Virus record (IMG/VR): IMGVR_UViG_3300043427_001127
Coordinates: 96,001-160,000 of that record
Strand: one strand, 5' to 3'
Source: a virus
DNA: 64,000 bases
Positions within the stretch are counted from its first letter, which is position 1; the number at the start of each line of letters is the position of its first letter. Shown one piece after another: positions 10,234-18,065 of the stretch. A program made the position numbers and the translations under genes. The notes beneath the pieces were generated by a model. It was given only the letters and a program-made list of their open reading frames with translations, did not search any database and was not told the DNA's origin.

Positions 10234-10915
10234 TTTACACAACTTCTTCAAACACTTTGACGAGAAGAATCCAAAGCACGTTGCTGCTGTAGAGCAACTT
10301 GAGGTTGACCTCAAGGATTCTCCACTCATGGAAGACTCAGCAAACTGGGTTAAAATCTATAGAACTCAACCAGAGAAACCAAAATCATCAATCCTTGATG
10401 TGCCCTATTTTCCACAGACAGATAACTATAGAGATGCTAACCGCACCTGTAACTCATCTGCCTGTGCTATGGTGTTAGAATACTTCAAACCAGGCACACT
10501 CAAAGGAGCGAAAGGCGATGATGCTTACGTTCAAAAAGTATTTGCAATCGGTGACTCAACTGACCATGTGGTTCAGACCCGTGTGTTGGCGTCTTATGGC
10601 ATTAAGTCACACTTTAGTTATGGTCTTTCTTTTGCTGACCTTGACCGTGAGCTTGCTGCTGGGAGACCCGTTGTTATTGGCATCCTCCATCGTGGTCCTC
10701 TATCTAATCCTATTGGTGGGCACATGGTTGTAGTCATCGGCAAGACCCCCGCAGGCGATTACGTCGTCAACGACCCCTACGGCAGTCTCAACGATGGTTA
10801 CACAGGCGCTGTGAGCAACGGTAAGGGCGCAGTCTACAAGCGTTCAGAACTCGCTCGTAGGTGGTGTCCTGCAGGCAACGATGGATGGGGCAGAATCTTT
10901 GATGCAAAAAAGTGA
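10220..10915 (+). CDS. C39-like cysteine peptidase
   Basis: VPYFPQTDN..CNSSACAM (catalytic Cys), GGHMVV (His), VNDPYG (Asp). Confidence 0.85.
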   Translation: MAKIDLHNFFKHFDEKNPKHVAAVEQLEVDLKDSPLMEDSANWVKIYRTQPEKPKSSILDVPYFPQTDNYRDANRTCNSSACAMVLEYFKPGTLKGAKGDDAYVQKVFAIGDSTDHVVQTRVLASYGIKSHFSYGLSFADLDRELAAGRPVVIGILHRGPLSNPIGGHMVVVIGKTPAGDYVVNDPYGSLNDGYTGAVSNGKGAVYKRSELARRWCPAGNDGWGRIFDAKK

Positions 10916-11400
10916 CACCCCTCATCTCTATAGATGATGGTCTGCCAGCGGGGGGTATCAGACTTATCAAAGAGTTTGAAGGATGCCATTTGTATGCATA
11001 CAATGACCCTCTCACTGGTGGATTACCTATTACTATAGGATGGGGAAGTACTAGAGATTTTAACGGTAAACCATTCAAACTAGGTGCTACTATTACTCAG
11101 TTTCAGGCAGATCAACTTCTGTATGAGCAACTGAAGAAAGAGTTTCTACCTAAACTATCTAAGATTCCTTATTGGAGCGAGATGAATGACAATCAAAGAG
11201 GGGCTTTACTTAGCTTTGGGTATAATCTTGGTGGAGATTTCTATGGTAGTAGCGACTTCTATACTATTACACGCATCCTAAGAGAGCGTAAATGGAATGA
11301 AGTGCCTAAGGTGCTGGAAATGTATCGTAATCCTGGCAGCAATGTAGAGGCAGGACTACTGAGACGTAGAAAAGCAGAGGGTAAACTCTGGTCAACATGA
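10912..11400 (+). CDS. lysozyme/endolysin (GH24)
   Basis: LIKEFEG..AYNDP..TIGWGST, ALLSFGYNLG, GLLRRRKAE. Confidence 0.92.
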   Translation: MTPLISIDDGLPAGGIRLIKEFEGCHLYAYNDPLTGGLPITIGWGSTRDFNGKPFKLGATITQFQADQLLYEQLKKEFLPKLSKIPYWSEMNDNQRGALLSFGYNLGGDFYGSSDFYTITRILRERKWNEVPKVLEMYRNPGSNVEAGLLRRRKAEGKLWST

Positions 11401-11733
11401 ATAAGGTTCGGCAATACCTTCATTCATCATCCATTCATTGATTGTGACTGAATCACCTGCAAGATAAAGAGTGCCAAGTATTCTTCCATACTTGTCCTCT
11501 TTTGTGGTTTCAATGATCCACTTACCTTCACGGGATAGTTGTTCTTCTAACCATACCTTTGCTGCTAGACCTCTTTCCTTCTCTGCTAAATCTTTAGTTC
11601 TAGTTTCAGCAGTATTAATACCTTTAAGACGGACTCTTTGTGATATCGTAATACCAAATCCTAAATCAATATCCAAATCAACTGTGTCTCCATCAACGAC
11701 TCGGTTGATTTTTTTTACTTTGTAAGTATACAT
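11392..11733 (-). CDS. thermonuclease (SNase-like) family protein
   Basis: VVDGDTVD, RVRLKGINTAE, DKYGRILG. Confidence 0.9.
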   Translation of the reverse strand: MYTYKVKKINRVVDGDTVDLDIDLGFGITISQRVRLKGINTAETRTKDLAEKERGLAAKVWLEEQLSREGKWIIETTKEDKYGRILGTLYLAGDSVTINEWMMNEGIAEPYSC

Positions 11734-11737
11734 TTTC

Positions 11738-12034
11738 TTAAAGCTTAGTTTTAAGTGCGATTAATGTAGCGAGCAACCCAACCAATGTCTCTATAGACTT
11801 GGAGTTTGTATCGTCACATTTGCTAGGAGGAGTTTTATTTTTACTCAACCCATTGACAGTATAAAGATACTGAAGGTTCAATGGATGTTTGATGTTACAC
11901 ACAGCATAGTTGAAGAATACCATTGAGATGATTGCTGTTACAACTGCACCTAGCAACCAACTAATCACCGCATCTAGGTGAGACTTTTTTTCTTTCTTTT
12001 CTTCTACTGCTAACTCTTCTGGTGTTTCATTCAT
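11738..12034 (-). CDS. hypothetical membrane protein
   Basis: Two hydrophobic segments. Confidence 0.65.
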   Translation of the reverse strand: MNETPEELAVEEKKEKKSHLDAVISWLLGAVVTAIISMVFFNYAVCNIKHPLNLQYLYTVNGLSKNKTPPSKCDDTNSKSIETLVGLLATLIALKTKL

Positions 12035-12222
12035 CGTCCTTCCTCCTTATGAATCCATGTTTTTAACTCGTGTAGATATTGTCTAAGTTCGTCTGCTTTT
12101 TGTAGATGCCACGTATTACCACTCTTGAAATACTCTTGAGTGTGGTTGTCTATTGCTTTGAGAATATTATGTATAGGTGCGTTCCAAGGCTCACGTTTGG
12201 GAGTGTTCCATTCTCTTGGCAT
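12031..12222 (-). CDS. hypothetical protein
   Basis: MPREWNTPKREPWN; coupled to neighbours. Confidence 0.7.
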   Translation of the reverse strand: MPREWNTPKREPWNAPIHNILKAIDNHTQEYFKSGNTWHLQKADELRQYLHELKTWIHKEEGR

Positions 12223-12225
12223 ACT

Positions 12226-12330
12226 TCACTTTTTCTTACCCCCGTTCTTTGCCTTCTTCGCAGTCGCATTCCCTTGATTTTGCTTAGGTTTTTTGACAGC
12301 TTTGCTGCCCTTGTTCTTTGCCTTAGACAT
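12226..12330 (-). CDS. small basic protein (34 aa, MSKAKNKGSKAVKKPKQNQGNATAKKAKNGGKKK)
   Basis: Read manually; late promoter-like CTAAATA upstream on the minus strand. Confidence 0.6.
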   Translation of the reverse strand: MSKAKNKGSKAVKKPKQNQGNATAKKAKNGGKKK

Positions 12331-12367
12331 GATTCGGTATACCGATACACTATATTTAGGAGGGGGC

Positions 12368-12396
12368 TTGACAGAAAGCTAAATACGTGTTATATT
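12368..12396 (+). promoter_or_regulatory. sigma70-type promoter
   Basis: GGGGGC-TTGACA-17-TATATT. Confidence 0.7.
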
Positions 12397-12449
12397 ATGT
12401 TTTCTTCACATTTGTGGAGAGTCTCATTATTATAACGTGAGTGACAATC

Positions 12450-12516
12450 AGAGCCCAGGAAGATGCCCCCAGAGATGGTTGCGGTGTACCCCTCTTCTAT
12501 TGGGATGTAGAGTTCT
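12450..12516 (+). ncRNA. structured 5' leader RNA upstream of the RlpA-like gene (family not established)
   Basis: Nested pairings AGAGC/GTTCT, CCCAG/TTGGG, GAAGA/TCTTC and CCA-GAGA-TGG tetraloop; GC-rich island in AT-rich intergenic DNA. Confidence 0.55.
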
Positions 12517-12526
12517 ATTTAACTAA

Positions 12527-12889
12527 ATGCTTCTTAAAACACTTTCTATTCTCGCCATTGCCGCTGCAGGACTAGCACCCCTTCAAGCAAAGGCAGCGAG
12601 CGGATGTTCCCTCGCATCACATTATGGAGTTGGTGACGGATATCATGGGCAGACGACTGCAAACGGCGAAAGATACAATGCTTATGGCAACACAACAGCA
12701 CACAGATGGCTTCCTTTCGGAACTAGATTGAAGGTTACAAATCAGCGAAATGGTAGGTCAGTCATCGTGCGAGTAAATGATCGCGGTCCTTTCGTAGGTG
12801 GAAGGAGCCTTGATTTGTCTTATGGTGCATTCTCTTCTATTGCTTCCCCAGGTCAAGGCGTCGCAAGCGTCTGCTACACAAGGGTTTGA
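12527..12889 (+). CDS. RlpA-like double-psi beta-barrel lytic transglycosylase with signal peptide
   Basis: ASHYG..TANGE..TAHRWLPFGT..VRVNDRGPF..LDLS. Confidence 0.92.
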   Translation: MLLKTLSILAIAAAGLAPLQAKAASGCSLASHYGVGDGYHGQTTANGERYNAYGNTTAHRWLPFGTRLKVTNQRNGRSVIVRVNDRGPFVGGRSLDLSYGAFSSIASPGQGVASVCYTRV

Positions 12890-12931
12890 ATAACTGAATA
12901 AATATTGGGGAGTGCTGCAGAACTCCCCTTT

Positions 12932-13333
12932 ATGTTTAACTTTCACATTGGCAAGCCCTCTAATAAAACTATTATAACAACCAGTATCGTATTATCTTCT
13001 ATCATTGCAGCACTCTCCCAATGCACTGGAATACATGAAAACAACCTTTGGGATTTACTTGACGAAGTTCAAAGAAAGTTTTTCCCGCAGACTACTATTA
13101 ACAGGGTTATTGTTAAAGACCCTGACAAAGTAAAACGTAGAGTAGAACGAGATGTCACCAATGCCATCGATGATTATTGGAGACAATCTGGTTTATCAAA
13201 AGCAGAAGTATACAAACCTCGCTATATAGAAGAAGCAAATGACGAAACATTATGCTACAGTGATGAGTGCAAAGCACTCGCTCCACCAATGAGACTCTGT
13301 GCTCCATGGCTTGACAACTGCCCTAAGCAGTAG
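12932..13333 (+). CDS. hypothetical protein
   Basis: ORF after late promoter-like AATAAATA; C-terminal CYSDECKAL..MRLCAPW..C. Confidence 0.7.
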   Translation: MFNFHIGKPSNKTIITTSIVLSSIIAALSQCTGIHENNLWDLLDEVQRKFFPQTTINRVIVKDPDKVKRRVERDVTNAIDDYWRQSGLSKAEVYKPRYIEEANDETLCYSDECKALAPPMRLCAPWLDNCPKQ

Positions 13334-13339
13334 TATAAT
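13311..13339 (+). promoter_or_regulatory. sigma70-type promoter for tRNA-Arg/Val
   Basis: TTGACA-17-TATAAT. Confidence 0.8.
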
Positions 13340-13347
13340 ACTCTCAT

Positions 13348-13424
13348 GTCTCGGTAGCTCAGTTGGATAGAGCATCTGCCTTCTAAGCAGTTGGTCACAG
13401 GTTCAAGTCCTGTCCGAGACGCCA
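13348..13424 (+). tRNA. tRNA-Arg(TCT)
   Basis: Cloverleaf, anticodon loop CTTCTAA, encoded CCA. Confidence 0.95.
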
Positions 13425-13496
13425 GGGCGATTAACTCAGCGGTAGAGTGGCCTCCTTACAAGTGGTAAGTCACTGGTTCGATTCCAGTATCGCCCA
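13425..13496 (+). tRNA. tRNA-Val(TAC)
   Basis: Cloverleaf, loop CTTACAA. Confidence 0.93.
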
Positions 13497-13504
13497 TATA
13501 AACT

Positions 13505-13735
13505 ATGAATACATACTATATTTCTTTAATACTAATCTGTGCTCTGGTGTATATCATCTGGCAGGATCCAAATGTACCAGAGTACATTAACCTAAGGATA
13601 AAGTTAATGCATATCAACTTTATTCGGTGGAACATGGCAAGAAATATGAAGCGACAACTTGATAGAGAATCTAAAAAAATGCAAAAAGAAATGGCAGAGT
13701 GGTTAAAAGAAAAAAATGGCAAAGATCAGATGTAA
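13505..13735 (+). CDS. hypothetical membrane protein
   Basis: N-terminal TM helix, basic tail. Confidence 0.7.
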   Translation: MNTYYISLILICALVYIIWQDPNVPEYINLRIKLMHINFIRWNMARNMKRQLDRESKKMQKEMAEWLKEKNGKDQM

Positions 13736-13973
13736 CGCATGTGGCGTAGAGTTAGAAGTATATCAACCAAACAAAAGCAAGTCATGTGGCTGCGATAATC
13801 ATACCCTTCTGAGGTTAGATAGAAGTGGTATGCCTATTATCAGTGGCAATGACTTGTCGCACATTACTGCTGTTGATGGAGTCGGAAAACCGAAAGAGAA
13901 AAAGGTTGACAATCCTCCCGTAGCAGGTTATACTAAGAGAATACCCAGAAAACTGGACTTTGAAATCCGCTAG
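13716..13973 (+). CDS. small Zn-ribbon-like protein
   Basis: IRCNACG...SCGCDN. Confidence 0.7.
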   Translation: MAKIRCNACGVELEVYQPNKSKSCGCDNHTLLRLDRSGMPIISGNDLSHITAVDGVGKPKEKKVDNPPVAGYTKRIPRKLDFEIR

Positions 13974-14061
13974 GAAGTGTGGCAGAGCGGCTTAATGCAG
14001 CGGTTTGCTAAACCGCCGATGTCTTTATGGGCATCCGTTGGTTCAAATCCAACCACTTCCG
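13973..14061 (+). tRNA. tRNA-Ser(GCT)
   Basis: Cloverleaf with long variable arm, G73; promoter TTGACA-17-TATACT at 13906-13934. Confidence 0.93.
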
Positions 14062-14106
14062 TTGCCCTATGGGCATGACATGTCGTTTAAATCTTAAGAA
14101 ACTATT

Positions 14107-14961
14107 ATGATTCGTTCATTTATTGCTGCTGGCGTCGCTGCTGCTTCTATTGCTGCTCCCGCCATGGCACAAGTCACCAGTGTGACTCAACTGAAAGATG
14201 TGCAACCTACTGATTGGTCGTATCAGGCTATCTCTAACCTGATCTCTCGCTACGGTTGTGTTGCTGGTTACCCCAATGGCACTTTCCAGCCTGGTCAACC
14301 TGCTTCCCGTGCTGAGCTCGCCGCTCTCACCAACGCTTGCCTTGACCGCATCAGCGAGTATCAGAGCGCCGCTGACGCTGCTCTGGCTGCCGCTCTACGC
14401 GCTCAGTTCTCCAAAGAGATTGCTGCTACTAACACCCGCGTGAGCGCCCTTGAGGTCGCTGCTGCTCGCAAGGCACAAGGCGTTGGTAACTACGTTGGTC
14501 TTGGCGTTCTGCTGAATAAGCAAGGCGTTGACGGTGGTGGTAAGACTGCCAACAGCACCATCTCTGGTGGTACTCTCCAAGCTCGCTATGCTGTGAAGAC
14601 TTTCGGCAACCAGAATGCTGTATCGGTTCGCCCTTACATTAATGCTGTTGCTGGACCTGATAGCAACATCGGTGCCGCTGGTGGTGCTATGCTCTCTTAT
14701 GACTGGAGCATCGCCCGCAAGGCAGGTGTAAGCGCCGCTAACATCTATGCCGCTGCTGGTTACCAAGTTCCTTTTGTCAATGGTGTTGAAGCAAACTCTC
14801 AGTCTGCTGTAGGCACTGGTACTGCTGTGCTTGCTCTTGGTTTGGAAGGTCGCATCACTAACTCTCTGATTGGTTTTGCTGATCTGAAGTTCCCTACTGA
14901 GAAAGTTGGTACGGGTTCTTACTCTCCTGTGTTCACTACGGGTCTTGGATTCAAGTTCTGA
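14107..14961 (+). CDS. SLH-domain outer-membrane protein (cyanobacterial porin-like N-terminus plus short beta-barrel)
   Basis: Signal peptide; VTSVTQLKDVQPTDWSYQAI..RYGCVAGYPNGTF..RAELAA..NACLD; C-terminal GLGFKF. Confidence 0.88.
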   Translation: MIRSFIAAGVAAASIAAPAMAQVTSVTQLKDVQPTDWSYQAISNLISRYGCVAGYPNGTFQPGQPASRAELAALTNACLDRISEYQSAADAALAAALRAQFSKEIAATNTRVSALEVAAARKAQGVGNYVGLGVLLNKQGVDGGGKTANSTISGGTLQARYAVKTFGNQNAVSVRPYINAVAGPDSNIGAAGGAMLSYDWSIARKAGVSAANIYAAAGYQVPFVNGVEANSQSAVGTGTAVLALGLEGRITNSLIGFADLKFPTEKVGTGSYSPVFTTGLGFKF

Positions 14962-14967
14962 TAAGTG

Positions 14968-15342
14968 ATGAAAAAACTCTTCAAGCGTTGGAAAAATAGA
15001 CCAAGAACTCGCCAAGGGTGGATTGATTTATATGTTTCATATTTGAAGAGGATACCAGAGAGGCAATACTTTCCAATCTTTGTATTGCTCTCTCTGTATT
15101 TCGTGGTTCCGTATAGTGAGTTTGTAGTCACTGCACTCATACCACTATACTTTCTCTTCGAGAAACAAGTTCGTTGGTTCTTTAGTAAGATTCCAATGCC
15201 AGACTATCTGAGAATAGGTGGCTCAGTTATATTCTTTTTGGTTATGATTGATGACTACCTGTTCTACTTTGCTATCATGGCATTCGCTGCTTGGAGCGCC
15301 AAGCAACTGAAGAAAACAAAAGAGTCCGACGAGGGGGCTTGA
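14968..15342 (+). CDS. hypothetical membrane protein
   Basis: Multiple hydrophobic helices. Confidence 0.7.
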   Translation: MKKLFKRWKNRPRTRQGWIDLYVSYLKRIPERQYFPIFVLLSLYFVVPYSEFVVTALIPLYFLFEKQVRWFFSKIPMPDYLRIGGSVIFFLVMIDDYLFYFAIMAFAAWSAKQLKKTKESDEGA

Positions 15343-15367
15343 CATGCTCCCGACCCTCCTATATAAT
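15339..15367 (+). promoter_or_regulatory. sigma70-type promoter for tRNA-Ser
   Basis: TTGACA-17-TATAAT. Confidence 0.85.
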
Positions 15368-15383
15368 ATGAGGGTCAACAAAT

Positions 15384-15468
15384 GGAAGTGTGGCCGAGTG
15401 GTTTAAGGCACTTGTCTTGAAAACAAGCATGGTGAAAGCCATCGTGGGTTCAAATCCTACCACTTCCG
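15384..15468 (+). tRNA. tRNA-Ser(TGA)
   Basis: Cloverleaf, loop CTTGAAA, long variable arm. Confidence 0.95.
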
Positions 15469-15469
15469 C

Positions 15470-15600
15470 TTGGTACTCGTTAGGCAGATAGCCTAGAAGG
15501 AGACCAACTTATCACAAGCGCCTGGAGATAAACTTGTCTGCTGTGATACGACAGAGGGTAAGTCCCTGTTATATCCTTGAGGTATATCACACTTACTCCA
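15470..15600 (+). ncRNA. unidentified structured RNA between tRNA-Ser and tRNA-Pro
   Basis: Hairpin 15470-15507, plus multi-stem element 15523-15600 closed by TGGAG/CTCCA. Confidence 0.5.
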
Positions 15601-15603
15601 TCA

Positions 15604-15677
15604 CGGGATGTAGCTCAGTTTGGTAGAGCACTCGCTTTGGGAGCGAGGGGCCGTAGGTTCAAATCCTATCATCCCGA
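15604..15677 (+). tRNA. tRNA-Pro(TGG)
   Basis: Cloverleaf, loop TTTGGGA. Confidence 0.95.
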
Positions 15678-15692
15678 TTCTTCTTAGAGGAG

Positions 15693-15971
15693 ATGTTAAT
15701 GATTTCGCAACTGGTTATTTACACACGAGATAACTGTGAATATTGTCGTAAACTCAAGGTCATCCTTGATAGTTTTACTGTCAAATACACACAGTACAAA
15801 CTGGATGTTGACTTTGATAGGGAAACATTCTATAATGAGTTTGGTGAAGGTTCTACATTTCCTCAGGTGACCCTTGATGGTCACTCTGTTGGGGGTTGTA
15901 CTGAAACCATTGAATACCTAACCAGCATTGGTTGCCTACAAGAAGAAAAAGACATGGAGTGTATGGTATGA
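15693..15971 (+). CDS. glutaredoxin
   Basis: CEYC, TFPQV, VGGC. Confidence 0.9.
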   Translation: MLMISQLVIYTRDNCEYCRKLKVILDSFTVKYTQYKLDVDFDRETFYNEFGEGSTFPQVTLDGHSVGGCTETIEYLTSIGCLQEEKDMECMV

Positions 15972-16129
15972 AAACGATCACAGAAGAAACTTTTTGTCAC
16001 GACTTTGATGAGATTATGGACAACGTGATGCTTAACAAAGAAAGTTTTATCATTACCACATCAGATGGTAGTGATGTTCTTCTGATGCCATACGAAAACT
16101 ATGAGCGAATACAAGGGGAGTTAGCTTAG
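15968..16129 (+). CDS. Phd/YefM antitoxin-like small protein
   Basis: MKTI..F..DF..IMD.V....E..IIT.....VLLMPYE.YE pattern. Confidence 0.65.
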   Translation: MKTITEETFCHDFDEIMDNVMLNKESFIITTSDGSDVLLMPYENYERIQGELA

Positions 16130-16187
16130 TTGGTAGAGCGCCTGCTTTGCAAGCAGGAGGTCAGGGGTTCAAATCCCCTACTCTCCA
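16115..16187 (+). tRNA. tRNA-Ala(TGC)
   Basis: Cloverleaf, G3:U70, loop TTTGCAA. Confidence 0.93.
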
Positions 16188-16190
16188 TAA

Positions 16191-16283
16191 GGGGGTGTAG
16201 CTCAATTGGCAGAGCGAGAAGCTTATACCTTCTGTATGCACCAGATTAGTGCGCGGTTGGGGGTTCGACTCCCTCCACCCCTA
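16191..16283 (+). tRNA. tRNA with TAT anticodon (nominally Ile) and long variable arm
   Basis: Acceptor GGGGGTG/CACCCCT, anticodon arm AGAAG-CTTATAC-CTTCT, extra arm GCAC-CAGATTA-GTGC. Confidence 0.85.
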
Positions 16284-16299
16284 TTAGGATAGATAAAAA

Positions 16300-16920
16300 A
16301 TGAAACTGATTAAACATACAAATTACGTATACGAATATCAAAACTTTGTAAGTGATGATGTGTGTGATCACGTAACATCAATCATGCAATCTTCAAATAT
16401 TTCTTCCGAAATATGGAATGCTGGCAGAAATGATATTAGAAATAATAATGTTATTAACTTAACAACTTATAAAACTATACAGGGTTGGACAGATCAAAAT
16501 ACTTTACAAAACCTACATAGTGTAGATAGTATTTCTCACGAAGTTTTTTCAAAAGTATACCGTGAGTATCTAAAAGATTGCCCTAGGTTATCTTTTACTA
16601 TGATAAGACAAAAAATCTTAAACTTTGGTAGTGCGTATTACTATCGAACTTATGATGAAAAAGATTATTATGATTGGCATATAGATCATGATCTTCAAGA
16701 AGAAAATCTTCTTTCATTTTTATGGTACTTGAATGAAGATTATTCTGGTGGAAAACTTATGTTCTTAAATGATAAGATTTCTATTCAACCAAAGAAAGGA
16801 AGTCTAATATGTTTTCCTGTTGGTCATTGGTGGGTACACAAATCATCACCAATAAAATCTGGGAATAAAAAAGTGATTTGGACTTGCTTTTTTAAAGATA
16901 GGGAGAAAAAAAATGTATGA
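16300..16920 (+). CDS. 2OG-Fe(II) oxygenase (prolyl-hydroxylase-like)
   Basis: WHID, WYLNEDYSGGKL, FP..W..H, K. Confidence 0.9.
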   Translation: MKLIKHTNYVYEYQNFVSDDVCDHVTSIMQSSNISSEIWNAGRNDIRNNNVINLTTYKTIQGWTDQNTLQNLHSVDSISHEVFSKVYREYLKDCPRLSFTMIRQKILNFGSAYYYRTYDEKDYYDWHIDHDLQEENLLSFLWYLNEDYSGGKLMFLNDKISIQPKKGSLICFPVGHWWVHKSSPIKSGNKKVIWTCFFKDREKKNV

Positions 16921-17125
16921 AAATCAAACAGATTTTGAATGGCACCTTTTTGAGTTTGGTAAAAAAGTAGAATACATTCTTGCTGCAGAGCTTGCAGGCA
17001 AAGAAGATGCTAACGAAGCATACAAAAAGATTAAACATTTGTTTGAAGACCTCAAAAAGTTTCGCAAACAAGAAAAGAAACAAGATCATCCATTAGATTA
17101 CGACCAAATCCCTGATAGGTATTGA
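16913..17125 (+). CDS. hypothetical protein
   Basis: FGKKVEYI.AAELAGK....EAYKKIK.L. Confidence 0.7.
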   Translation: MYENQTDFEWHLFEFGKKVEYILAAELAGKEDANEAYKKIKHLFEDLKKFRKQEKKQDHPLDYDQIPDRY

Positions 17126-17703
17126 TTATGTTGTCACAAGGATTAGTTGAAACTGAACACGAAGAGCCTGGATTTGTGATTACTCATCTGTCTTTCAGGA
17201 AACGTGAATCTTCACAACTCTATGGTGGTCCTGTAGATTACTACATCGGCAACATTGTATTTCGTTTGACTAACGAAGATGCGAAAGGTCGCATGGAATA
17301 CATTATGAGAGAGAATGAAAGAGTTCGTGTAGCACCAGACGAGGAGTTACATAACAAGTATTACGATGGTCTTCACTTCAAGTTTGACAGAGAAAAGGAA
17401 GAAGTAAATGAAGATGGTGAAAAGTTTTATAAGCTTGACATCATCAACAAAGAAGGTATCAAAGATGAAGATGTATTCATCTGGGGATACCGTCGCAACA
17501 TGGATCCACTACATGACTTCATTGAATACAATGAGAAGTTCGATTGTTACCGAATGCACGAATACTTTCAAGACACACCAGTAGTTCGTGGTATAATACA
17601 GTATCTCCAAGACATGAAAGATGGTAAACCTAATCCAAGCCGCACGGTCTATCATGAGCAGTTCCTCTCAACGCTCACAAACCTCTGTTGGTGGTGGGAC
17701 TAG
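17122..17703 (+). CDS. hypothetical protein
   Basis: Long coupled ORF ending LCWWWD. Confidence 0.75.
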   Translation: MIMLSQGLVETEHEEPGFVITHLSFRKRESSQLYGGPVDYYIGNIVFRLTNEDAKGRMEYIMRENERVRVAPDEELHNKYYDGLHFKFDREKEEVNEDGEKFYKLDIINKEGIKDEDVFIWGYRRNMDPLHDFIEYNEKFDCYRMHEYFQDTPVVRGIIQYLQDMKDGKPNPSRTVYHEQFLSTLTNLCWWWD

Positions 17704-17819
17704 AACCTGTTCCAAGTGCCACACCGAGCAACCCCTTGACAAGGACCACTACCAAGTGGTAAAATACTTTCGTACAGGATTCTCCTACTACTGCAATGAC
17801 TGCAACAAACCAAAGCCGC

Positions 17820-18065
17820 GTGAAGACAATCCTTGATCGTTTTCCATATAGATACGTACAGGCAGGTATCTTAGAGATCAACGGCAAACCTGATTATCGT
17901 ATTCAAAAAATGTGTTCTTACACCAGTCGTTATCGTGATATGTATCTCTGCGACAATGAAATGCAGTTTATGACAGCGATCGAAGATTTTGAGTATACCA
18001 AGTGGCTTGACCCAGACACAGTTCCATGCTATATTAAAGGAGACGACAACGATGAAGATGAGTGA
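17820..18065 (+). CDS. conserved cyanophage hypothetical protein
   Basis: RFPYRYV..G...NGKPDYRIQK...DMYLCDN..KWLDP. Confidence 0.75.
   Translation: MKTILDRFPYRYVQAGILEINGKPDYRIQKMCSYTSRYRDMYLCDNEMQFMTAIEDFEYTKWLDPDTVPCYIKGDDNDEDE

Noticed and set aside
15469-15510. tRNA-trailing HDV-like (theta) ribozymes after the tRNAs
   Set aside because: I could not fit the nested double-pseudoknot topology by eye; only simple hairpins were seen
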